32,000 nt of DNA, from NCBI RefSeq assembly GCF_002075285.3, contig NZ_CP021983.2, forward strand, positions 960,001-992,000, written 5' to 3'. This document shows positions 9,283 to 17,131 of the stretch, piece by piece. Positions within the stretch are counted from its first letter, which is position 1, and each line of letters starts with the position of its first letter. Made by a program: the position numbers and the translations under genes. The notes below the pieces were generated by a model that was given only the letters and a program-made list of their open reading frames with translations, was not told the origin of the DNA and searched no databases. This DNA comes from Halomicronema hongdechloris C2206 (GTDB taxonomy: Bacteria > Cyanobacteriota > Cyanobacteriia > Phormidesmidales > Phormidesmidaceae).

Positions 9283-10332
9283 ATGGCTAAATTCTCAACA
9301 GACAACCCTGATAAGCAAAAAGCCCTGGGTATGGTGCTCAATCAGATTGAGCGCAACTTCGGTAAGGGCTCCATCATGCGCTTGGGAGATGCTGCTCGGA
9401 TGCGGGTGGCGACCATTTCCACTGGGGCATTGACCTTAGATCTGGCCCTAGGCGGCGGCTTACCCAAGGGCCGAGTGATTGAAATCTACGGTCCTGAGAG
9501 CTCTGGTAAGACGACGCTGGCGTTGCATGCTTTGGCAGAGGTGCAGAAAAGTGGTGGCACAGCGGCCTTTGTGGATGCTGAACACGCCCTTGACCCGGAA
9601 TATGCCGGGGCTTTAGGGGTCGATATTGAAGAGTTGTTAGTATCTCAACCGGATACCGGGGAGGCGGCCCTTGAGATTGTCGATCAGCTGGTGCGGTCAT
9701 CGGCAATTGATATTGTGGTGATTGACTCGGTGGCAGCTTTGGTGCCTCGAGCCGAGATCGAGGGCGAAATGGGGGATGCCCATGTGGGGTTGCAGGCCCG
9801 GTTGATGAGTCAGGCCCTCCGGAAGATTACAGGAAATATTGGCAAGTCTGGCTGTACGGTAGTTTTTCTCAATCAGTTGCGTCAGAAAATCGGGATCGCC
9901 TACGGCAACCCAGAAACCACCACGGGGGGTAATGCCCTCAAGTTTTATTCATCGGTGCGGTTGGATATTCGCCGGATTCAGACCCTGAAGAAGGGCAGTG
10001 AAGACTACGGCATTCGAGCTAAGGTGAAAGTGGCTAAGAATAAGGTAGCCCCACCCTTTCGCATCGCCGAGTTTGATGTCATCTTTGGCGAGGGCATCTC
10101 GAGTTTGGGCTGTGTTTTGGATCTGGCTGAGCAGCACGACATTATTCTGCGCAAGGGGGCTTGGTACAGTTACGATGGCGATAATATTGGCCAGGGTCGA
10201 GACAATACCATTAATTACCTGAAGGAACATACGGAGTTTGCTGCCAAGGTCGAGCAGGAGCTGCGTCAGCAGCTGGGGATGGCTGGGGTGCCTGGTATTG
10301 AAGCGGCGGAGGCAGCCAAGGATAACACTTAG
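9283..10332 (+). CDS. recA: Recombinase RecA
   Basis: 349 aa. Motifs: [26 protein letters not shown], Walker [20 protein letters not shown] and VVIDSVAAL. Confidence 0.98.
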   Translation: MAKFSTDNPDKQKALGMVLNQIERNFGKGSIMRLGDAARMRVATISTGALTLDLALGGGLPKGRVIEIYGPESSGKTTLALHALAEVQKSGGTAAFVDAEHALDPEYAGALGVDIEELLVSQPDTGEAALEIVDQLVRSSAIDIVVIDSVAALVPRAEIEGEMGDAHVGLQARLMSQALRKITGNIGKSGCTVVFLNQLRQKIGIAYGNPETTTGGNALKFYSSVRLDIRRIQTLKKGSEDYGIRAKVKVAKNKVAPPFRIAEFDVIFGEGISSLGCVLDLAEQHDIILRKGAWYSYDGDNIGQGRDNTINYLKEHTEFAAKVEQELRQQLGMAGVPGIEAAEAAKDNT

Positions 10333-10409
10333 GCCATGCTCAGGTGGATAGCTGAGTTCGATGTTCGCAATGCCGGATGCCCAGAACTACGATCAGCATT
10401 GTGGGTACA

Positions 10410-11108
10410 TTAATCGTCGGTGGTGGCTCTGGAGATGTGCGATCGCAACAATTGCACCGTCTGTTCCAGCGCCCTAGAGGGTAACTGAGCCCCATCAGCA
10501 CAGGTATCTTCGCCATCCAGCCCAGACATAACAGTAATATCGTCGATGCTGTGGCCAGTGGCCATCGTCTGAGTGAGCTGCTGCAGCTGAGCCAACAGGT
10601 CTGGCGGCGGTGGCAGCGCTGCTTCAAACTGGCGACAGATAAAAAAGCTAAACGTAACACTGCCTAACCGCACGCAATCCCCATCCCGCAGCAGAGATTG
10701 ATGGCGAATCCGTTCACCGTTGACAAAGCTACCGTTGGTACTGCCCAGATCGGTCAGCACAAATTCCTGAGTCGGCAGACACTGTAGAGCCGCATGGCAA
10801 CGAGACAAGCGCTTATCCCGCAAACATAGAGAAACCCGATTAGGATCTCGCCCAATGATCCAAATTTGTTGGGCCTGAGTCAGGGCACAAGAGCTACCAG
10901 TTAACAAGTTCGTGACCAAGAACCCTTGATTATCGAGCACAATCGCTTGCATATAATTCAGCCCCCCGGTCCGAGCCGGTAGCCGTAGACTAGGGGTTTC
11001 TAGCCGGAGAATATCGTCCAGCAACCCACGATGATGCTCATAAAGCTGAGAAAAGAGCTGAAATAGGACTAAACGCTGCTGTAATTCTCGATCTTCTGGG
11101 GAATCCAT
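10410..11108 (-). CDS. FHA domain-containing protein
   Basis: 232 aa. The central region WIIGRDPNRVSLCLRDKRLSRCHAAL...FVLTDLGSTNGSFVNGERI...LRDGDCVRLG is a canonical FHA fold signature (GR...S..H...D.gS.NGt.vNg). Confidence 0.8.
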   Translation of the reverse strand: MDSPEDRELQQRLVLFQLFSQLYEHHRGLLDDILRLETPSLRLPARTGGLNYMQAIVLDNQGFLVTNLLTGSSCALTQAQQIWIIGRDPNRVSLCLRDKRLSRCHAALQCLPTQEFVLTDLGSTNGSFVNGERIRHQSLLRDGDCVRLGSVTFSFFICRQFEAALPPPPDLLAQLQQLTQTMATGHSIDDITVMSGLDGEDTCADGAQLPSRALEQTVQLLRSHISRATTDD

Positions 11109-11134
11109 GAGAAATACCGAGTATTCGTAATAGT

Positions 11135-12013
11135 CTAGCGATTACACAGAAATCGTAGAAGTTCGCGATTGACCAGATGTGGTGCTTCTTGATGGCTCCA
11201 GTGTCCGCACTGGGGAATCTGTTTCACCTGAAATGAGCCACTAACCCATTGAGCCATTGACTCAGCCATGCTGGAGCTCAAGACCGTATCATCTTCTCCC
11301 CATAGCACCAAGGTAGGAGCTTCAATAGGCCGCTCTGACTGCCACCAGCTGCCTAGCCATGTCGGCAAGTTCAGACAGTGGCGATAGTGCTTCAGGGCAG
11401 CAGCAATGGCCCCAGGCTTGCTCAGGGCTGCCTGCAGCAACTGAGTATCTTGAATAGAAAACGCCCCCTTGCGAACGGCTTGCATCTGAAAAAAGTTTTT
11501 CACAAAGGTTGGCAGAGACTGCTCAATTAGCCACTCAGGCAATGCCGGCAGTTGCAAAGCCATCCACTGCCAACTCCGACGGATTTGTTCGACGTTGCTC
11601 AGCAGGGCTTGGCGCAACTGGTGGGACGGCGCCCCATTTAGGATGGCGAGTTGCTGGATCGCATCAGGCATTGTTTGGGCCAGATGCCAACCAATAGTGC
11701 CACCCCAGGCATGACCGACAATATGGGCTCGCTGATAACCTAATCCCTCAATCAGTCCCCAGATATCCTGGCTCAGGGTATCTAAGTCATAGCCAGAATC
11801 AGGCTTGTCAGAATCATTACAGCCCCTTAAGTCGGGAACAACAACTCGGTAATGGCGAGCGAGAGTTGGCAGCTGAAACCGCCAAGAGTACCAAAACTCG
11901 AAGAAGCTATGGAGCAAAATTACCAGCTCCCCCTCTCCCTGGGTCACGCAGTGCAATCGCACTCGATTGGTCTCAATGAACTGATGTTGCCAGTGGGGTA
12001 CTAACGCGGTCAA
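11135..12013 (-). CDS. Alpha/beta hydrolase fold protein, epoxide hydrolase/haloalkane dehalogenase-like, with atypical active-site motifs
   Basis: 292 aa. It shows family features (FEFWYSWRFQLP, VVVPDLRGCNDSDKP, VGHAWGG, LVLWGEDD, CGHWSHQEAP). The start is a TTG at 12011-13, with GGAG about 10 nt upstream; there is no in-frame ATG near the N-terminus. Confidence 0.8.
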   Translation of the reverse strand: MTALVPHWQHQFIETNRVRLHCVTQGEGELVILLHSFFEFWYSWRFQLPTLARHYRVVVPDLRGCNDSDKPDSGYDLDTLSQDIWGLIEGLGYQRAHIVGHAWGGTIGWHLAQTMPDAIQQLAILNGAPSHQLRQALLSNVEQIRRSWQWMALQLPALPEWLIEQSLPTFVKNFFQMQAVRKGAFSIQDTQLLQAALSKPGAIAAALKHYRHCLNLPTWLGSWWQSERPIEAPTLVLWGEDDTVLSSSMAESMAQWVSGSFQVKQIPQCGHWSHQEAPHLVNRELLRFLCNR

Positions 12014-12256
12014 AGTTGCTACTCCTGAGAAACCAGAATCACCATATAACTAAGTTGCCCACTTTTGCCCATCGCCTACCTGCTCTCGACGAATTCCCAG
12101 ATTGCGCTGGGGGCAGCGCTATAGTTTGCAAAGGAAATCTTAAAAGCCTGTAAGGCAGGTGCTGTCAAGGCTTTAGCGATCTTGCCTGAGCGTTGGTAGT
12201 GATCCAGGAAACCTTGCTCTGACGGCTGTTTAGGCATTTTGCAAATCACCTCTTAG

Positions 12257-12370
12257 AGGACATTTGAAAACTCGGCTGAAAGCCCTGCAGGGTAAGCGTT
12301 TTAGAGCGTATGGCTCTGTTGACCAGAATCCAGTCTGGAGCAAGGTTGCAGGGTACTTTCCAAATATCCT
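12257..12370 (+). mobile_element. MITE-like non-autonomous element, copy 1 (114 bp)
   Basis: It is 100% identical over 114 bp to 31456-31569, while the flanking sequences are unrelated. The terminal inverted repeats are imperfect: AGGACATTTGAAAA versus the reverse complement of the 3' end, AGGATATTTGGAAA (12/14). It is flanked by direct CTTAG at 12252-12256 and 12371-12375. It has no coding capacity. Confidence 0.8.
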
Positions 12371-12508
12371 CTTAGCCAAGTCCCAGAGAGGCCAGCCATC
12401 GTCTTTGTCAAGGAGTAGGGAGAAGGAACAATCCTTAAGCGATTAGCAACCAGGGACAAAGGAGGGGATGGGGAAGTTGATTCAGGGCTAAAGGTGTGCC
12501 GATATTCC

Positions 12509-12859
12509 CTAGGCATTGTGCAGAATGGCTTGCCGGGAATCGGCAGGCTGAATCTGAAACTTAACCAGATTCGCGAGTTCTTGCAGTTGACTGATGGCTT
12601 CAGCCCCTTCTAACTTCATCAGTTCTCGGTCATCCCGCATCTCAGTCCAAGTGATGCCGTAGTCAGACACTAGAAACCGAATCAGGTGGTTATCGCCTAA
12701 GCTGACCATGAATGAGGCGCTGTTCATCTGGCCGCCACAAGTGTAGCAGGATGCCAAATAGCCTCGATTCTCCAAGACGATGGCCAGGGCCTGGAGATTC
12801 ATGACGAGGTCTTGGACAAACTGCCGATGTTGCTCTGCGAGTCGGATAAACATACCCAT
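12509..12859 (-). CDS. Hypothetical protein (116 aa), family not recognised
   Basis: Clean ORF of ordinary, non-repetitive composition, preceded by a long intergenic region. I do not recognise any motif. The start could also be the second ATG at 12851-12853. Confidence 0.5.
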   Translation of the reverse strand: MGMFIRLAEQHRQFVQDLVMNLQALAIVLENRGYLASCYTCGGQMNSASFMVSLGDNHLIRFLVSDYGITWTEMRDDRELMKLEGAEAISQLQELANLVKFQIQPADSRQAILHNA

Positions 12860-13271
12860 CCCCTTAATCGCTATTGCTCATTGTAGACACAAAAATCAGT
12901 ATTTTTTTAACGATTCCGCTAAACCAGCGAAGACTTGATTAATGTGTCGACAAAATTCTCTATGGGAAAAAACTAAAGTGATGCCCCTATAAACGAAGAT
13001 TGATCTCCCTATAAACTAGGATTAATTTCGACGACTCAACCAGTCCGTCAGTAAGAATCAGCACAATTGATGTCGTACAAAGGTGGCAACACCCGGGATT
13101 TAGACCTGAGGACCCCCTAGCCCTAGACTGTCATTCATGCTGCATAGGGCAATAAGATACCCTTACCCCGAGGAGCTGCCACCGACACGTCCCTGATAGG
13201 GTAGCGAGCTGGTCGATTAAGTTACCGTATCAGAGATAACACTTGGCCCTATTATCCCCAGTCGTAAAGGA

Positions 13272-13487
13272 CTAATCTACCAACGTCCACCAACCGAAGC
13301 CAGGACCTATGAACCGGATGGTGATCCAAAGGACGATCATCAGGCCGATACCAATCCAAGTGCCGCGGGTGGTCCAGCGCATGAACGTCTGAGCCTGAGA
13401 CTTGGTAATGGGCAGCCACGGTGCAATTGGCTGCTCTTTGCCGTACTGGTCTCCGAGGGCCGCTCGGCGGCGTTTGGCTTCTCCCAT
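13272..13487 (-). CDS. Small membrane protein, possibly DUF2839-like
   Basis: 71 aa. The MGEAKRRRAALGDQYGKE N-terminus is followed by one clear TM helix (GTWIGIGLMIVLWITIRFIG). It resembles a small conserved cyanobacterial family that I recall starting with MGEAKRR. Confidence 0.55.
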   Translation of the reverse strand: MGEAKRRRAALGDQYGKEQPIAPWLPITKSQAQTFMRWTTRGTWIGIGLMIVLWITIRFIGPGFGWWTLVD

Positions 13488-13657
13488 AGCAGATTCCTCA
13501 TGTCGTCATGCAGAGATTGCACGCCGAACCTATCTCGATCTATGCCTATGATGACGGCATAATTGACACCCATGGTGTGTCCTATTGGCACTAGCCTCGG
13601 CGTTGCTAGCCTGCAGTATCAGTCTAGTCCAATCCTAGCGTGCCTAGAGTCGGTCCA

Positions 13658-15223
13658 TTAGCCCGGTAGCGAACAATTGGAATCCCGCAACCATTCAGTC
13701 TCTAAATAGGTGGTGCGAGCGGCTGGACTAAGCGCTTCCAGCACTTGACGGCCATAGCTGCGATAGTTAACCCGGTTATCCAACAGCGCCACAATGCCCT
13801 GGGTATCGCGTATGGGAGCCACGGCCCGTTGCAAGGTACTGAGGGCCATGGGCAACAGATAACACCGGAACCAGTCTTGTCGCTGACTCTTGTAATAGGC
13901 GACTCGTCCGGCCACTAGGGGAGCCTCCAGTGAGGGAATGGGCAAGGTGGGGATGATCAACAGGTGGGGAGTGGGTAAGACTGTCTGATAGTGTTGCCAG
14001 AACTGCCAGTCGGTTACGAGAATGCCGTTATCATCCAGGCAGGTGCGGTCTACCTGAACTCGGGAACCAAATTCACTGGCCAGAATCGATCCCAGCTGCC
14101 CTTTTAGAGGAATGTCGCTGACTAGAATAATGGTGACTCCTTGGCGGGTGTCGTGGGTGAGCAGCTGTCGAATTTCCTGCAGCAGGGCTGTTTGGAATTG
14201 CCGGGTATTTGGCATCGGTAAGTGATCAGGTACGTAGAGGCGAATGGCTTCCGAATGCCGATCGAGGGAGAATTTTAGACAGGTGAGCTCCGTTGGTAGT
14301 CCCAAGCGCTGTCGATAATTGGGGGCCTGGATTTCAAGGTCAAAGGCGGCTCCGATCAGCACGAGGGGTTGTTGTGACCAGATGGGTGCGAGTATCGGTG
14401 CGACGGTGGTGGGGCCGCAGTGTAAGCAGAATTGACCTTGGGAGCGATTGAAGCTAACCCAGAGCAGGGGGTGGGCAGTCCAAAACTGTTGCCAGAACTG
14501 CTGCCAGGCGGGAGGCATGGCGGCTTGACTACTTGCTGGCTGGGGAGACTCGACGACCAGTTCGCTATAAAGGGTAGCCAGCAGCGTCCGTTCCCTATCT
14601 TCGAGGAGATGGCACTGATAAGGATTGGTCGGATATTGAAACACGCTATGGGTCAGTTGGACACGGATGTCCCAAATCAGCTGATGCTGATCGGGATAGG
14701 CCAGCATTAGGGCATCCCAGGCAGGAGTCTTCAGGCTGGTGGTGAGTTGTTGCTGGACCCAACCCTCGAGATCATCAATGCCGTCAATCAGGGTTGGAAT
14801 TTGGGTGGGAAAGCGAGTTTGAGGGCCAAGGCGATCGGCTAGCCAAGCCTCGGGAGTAGTAATGAGCAGCCCAGTGAAGGAGTCTCCAGGCCAGGTATCG
14901 CCCACTTGAATGGGTTTATAAGTGGGAATCCATTGCCGCAGCCGGGGCAAATCCACCCACATCAGATGCTGTTGAATGATGTCGGGCAACACCAGGATGA
15001 CTGGCCCCGGCCACAGTAATACAGACATCAAATAGCTAAGCCGATAGCGTCCATGGCACATTGAAGCACTGCCGGTTTGAATCAGGGCACTACGCCCCAG
15101 TCTCAGGGCCCTCGCCACTAAGCGGGCCAGGGTGAGATGATGCGGCCAGTGGGGGATTCCCTGCTGCCGTAGGTAGGTGCGGAGTTGCTGGTGAACTTCG
15201 GCTTCAATCACTGATGATGGCAC
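13658..15223 (-). CDS. DinG/Rad3-like helicase-family protein with degenerate ATPase motifs
   Basis: 521 aa. The C-terminal block LLIIPTLPIPSLEAPLVAGRVAYYKSQRQDWFRCYLLPMALSTLQRAVAPIRDTQGIVALLDNRV..YG..VLEALSP aligns by eye with the DinG C-terminal helicase motifs (V.I.kLPF..P.dP.......G.d.F..y.lP.A...l.Qg.GRliR...D.G.v..lD.R). The start is a GTG (15221-23) with AAGGA 12 nt upstream. Confidence 0.6.
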   Translation of the reverse strand: MPSSVIEAEVHQQLRTYLRQQGIPHWPHHLTLARLVARALRLGRSALIQTGSASMCHGRYRLSYLMSVLLWPGPVILVLPDIIQQHLMWVDLPRLRQWIPTYKPIQVGDTWPGDSFTGLLITTPEAWLADRLGPQTRFPTQIPTLIDGIDDLEGWVQQQLTTSLKTPAWDALMLAYPDQHQLIWDIRVQLTHSVFQYPTNPYQCHLLEDRERTLLATLYSELVVESPQPASSQAAMPPAWQQFWQQFWTAHPLLWVSFNRSQGQFCLHCGPTTVAPILAPIWSQQPLVLIGAAFDLEIQAPNYRQRLGLPTELTCLKFSLDRHSEAIRLYVPDHLPMPNTRQFQTALLQEIRQLLTHDTRQGVTIILVSDIPLKGQLGSILASEFGSRVQVDRTCLDDNGILVTDWQFWQHYQTVLPTPHLLIIPTLPIPSLEAPLVAGRVAYYKSQRQDWFRCYLLPMALSTLQRAVAPIRDTQGIVALLDNRVNYRSYGRQVLEALSPAARTTYLETEWLRDSNCSLPG

Positions 15224-15395
15224 TGATGATGGATATCCTTAAGCGGATAGTGACCTTCATTGTGACACATGGCTCTGGTGGGCTTGGGGCCTATCGCGAG
15301 TAGCGGGCTGGTAAAGTCCCTGGTGGGACTAAGCGCCTTTTGGGGTTCTGATAGCCTGGCTCTGGCTATATGTCTAGGCGGATTCCAAATTACCG

Positions 15396-17039
15396 CTAAG
15401 CTTGGTCGCGGCCGCTGGGGGAATCTGAGGAGGGACCGACGGAGAGATCGCGTTCTGCCCGAAAGCCCTGCACGAAGGTGAGAACGGTGGCGGGCTGGGG
15501 CAGAGGACCTGGCTTTGGCGATGGCGGCAGGGGGTCTGACTCGGTGGTCTGTCGGGCCCCAAATCGAGGATGGGTATAAATTGCCAACCGCTGGTTGCTG
15601 GAATTGGTGACGTAAAGCTGAATCGGCTGCTGGAAGAAGGGATCTGAGAGGCGGAGGGGGTCGGCTGACGCGGCTGGCTGGGCCGCATCAGCTGCGATCG
15701 CAGGTAAGACCTTTGCAGGTAGAACCTTCGCAGGCAAAACCTTCATGGTAGTGGTCAACTCCTGACCCAAGGCTCTCAGAGACGGCTGCAGTTCTGCCGC
15801 GACGGGAGTATTGACGGTTGAGGCCTGCACCATCTGCAACAACCGGGCTAGGGCCTGTTGGACCCCTTGAGTGGCCTGAAATGGTAAGGATAAGCCGTAG
15901 GCCATAGACCACAGTTGGCTGTCTTGGGACAGGGTTAGGGTCAGGCGGGTTTGCCGGTTGGCAACGGTTAAATCAGGTACCCAGTCTCGGTCGGGAGCAC
16001 ACTGAGACAGATGATAGTAAACCTGGGCCAGCTGAGCATGGGCTACTGGTGTCAATAGAGCATCCACATGCAGATGCACCTGAGGCGATGCAGTATTGAA
16101 GAAGCCATGCAGATCGACGGCATCGGAAAACTCTCGGATCTGGGTTCTGTCGCCATTAGGGCTCATGTCTACCCAGGTGCAGGCCACCTCTTTAGTGGCC
16201 AGATTATAGCGAGCGGCCCCGAATAACTTGGCACCGGTAATGGTGGCTCCAGACAGATCGGCCCCAGTGACCGTGGCATGCATCAGATTAGCCTGGCTCA
16301 GATCGGCATGGACTAATACCGTATCGACCAGAATTGCCCCCTCCAGGAGGGCTCCGGTCAGATTAGTGCCACTGAGCTTAGTGGCGGTTAAGTCGGCGTT
16401 ACGCAGGTCGGCCCCCCGCAGGTCGGCCCAGCGTAGATTGGCCCCCTGCAGATTAGCTCCGTTGAGCTTGACCTGCTGTAGATTCGCGTGGCGCAGATCG
16501 GCCTGCTTCAACAGGGCACCACTGAGGTCGGCCCGATCACCGTTAACCGCATTGAGATTGGCCTCTTCTAGTAGGGCCCCCGTCAGAATACTGTTGCGGA
16601 TATCTGCTTGCTGTAGATTGGCGCCCTGCAGATTAGCCCAGCGGAGCTTGGCTTCCCGTAGATCTACCTCGCGCAGATTGGCGGCCACTAGCTGGGCATT
16701 ACTCAAATCGGCTCGCAGCATCTCGGCTCGCACCAGGGAAGCCCCACTGAGATCCGCCTCCGTTAGCAGAGCCCGAATCAAGTTGGTGACATTGAGCTGA
16801 CAGTGCCTGAGGTTGGCACCGCTGAGGTTGGCGCCGCTGAGGCGACTGACATTGAAAATGGCGTCTTGTAAGTCTGCCTGCGTGAGGTTGGCATTACTGA
16901 GATTGGTGACCTTGAGGCTGGCTCGTCGTAAGACAATCTGCGGTAACTCAGCCTCTACGAGGGATTGCTCATTTAGGGACACCTCTGGAAAGTCACGGTT
17001 TCCCTTGGCGTACTGGCGCAACAGTTCACTTGCGTCCAT
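15396..17039 (-). CDS. Pentapeptide-repeat protein with a roughly 270-aa C-terminal region of unknown function
   Basis: About 250 residues of A(D/N)LxG-type pentapeptide repeats (ANLSGANLRHCQLNVTNL...ADLRGADLRNADLT...). I prefer the ATG at 17037-39 (MDASELLRQYAKGNRDF, with AGGA upstream). The ORF-track start at 17105 would leave only 26 bp before the divergent tyrA. Confidence 0.85.
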   Translation of the reverse strand: MDASELLRQYAKGNRDFPEVSLNEQSLVEAELPQIVLRRASLKVTNLSNANLTQADLQDAIFNVSRLSGANLSGANLRHCQLNVTNLIRALLTEADLSGASLVRAEMLRADLSNAQLVAANLREVDLREAKLRWANLQGANLQQADIRNSILTGALLEEANLNAVNGDRADLSGALLKQADLRHANLQQVKLNGANLQGANLRWADLRGADLRNADLTATKLSGTNLTGALLEGAILVDTVLVHADLSQANLMHATVTGADLSGATITGAKLFGAARYNLATKEVACTWVDMSPNGDRTQIREFSDAVDLHGFFNTASPQVHLHVDALLTPVAHAQLAQVYYHLSQCAPDRDWVPDLTVANRQTRLTLTLSQDSQLWSMAYGLSLPFQATQGVQQALARLLQMVQASTVNTPVAAELQPSLRALGQELTTTMKVLPAKVLPAKVLPAIAADAAQPAASADPLRLSDPFFQQPIQLYVTNSSNQRLAIYTHPRFGARQTTESDPLPPSPKPGPLPQPATVLTFVQGFRAERDLSVGPSSDSPSGRDQA

Positions 17040-17131
17040 GATGTATCCTTGGCCAATGCTGCCCTGATGCCTCAAGATTAGGGGTTGAGGCTTCGACCTT
17101 AGCATCTCTGTCTAGGAAAGGGAGACTATTC

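Noticed and set aside
12076-12237. A 53-codon minus-strand ORF (MPKQPSEQGFLDHYQRSGKIAKALTAPALQAFKISFANYSAAPSAIWEFVESR) between the MITE and the alpha/beta hydrolase gene.
   Set aside because: It has no recognisable family, no clear Shine-Dalgarno sequence, and is below the ORF-track threshold. It could be a real leader peptide or small protein, but the evidence is insufficient.
12264-12446. A 60-aa plus-strand ORF (MKTRLKALQGKRFRAYGS...). The corresponding stretch recurs near 31462.
   Set aside because: The ORF is generated by the MITE sequence itself. Apart from the alternative start codon, its first 35 codons are element-derived and repeat in copy 2 with a different downstream continuation.
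17037-17105. The ORF-track start at 17105 for the pentapeptide-repeat protein.
   Set aside because: It would leave only 26 bp before the divergent tyrA start. The internal ATG at 17037-39 has an AGGA upstream and gives the common MDASELLRQY.. type N-terminus. I kept 17105 only as an alternative.
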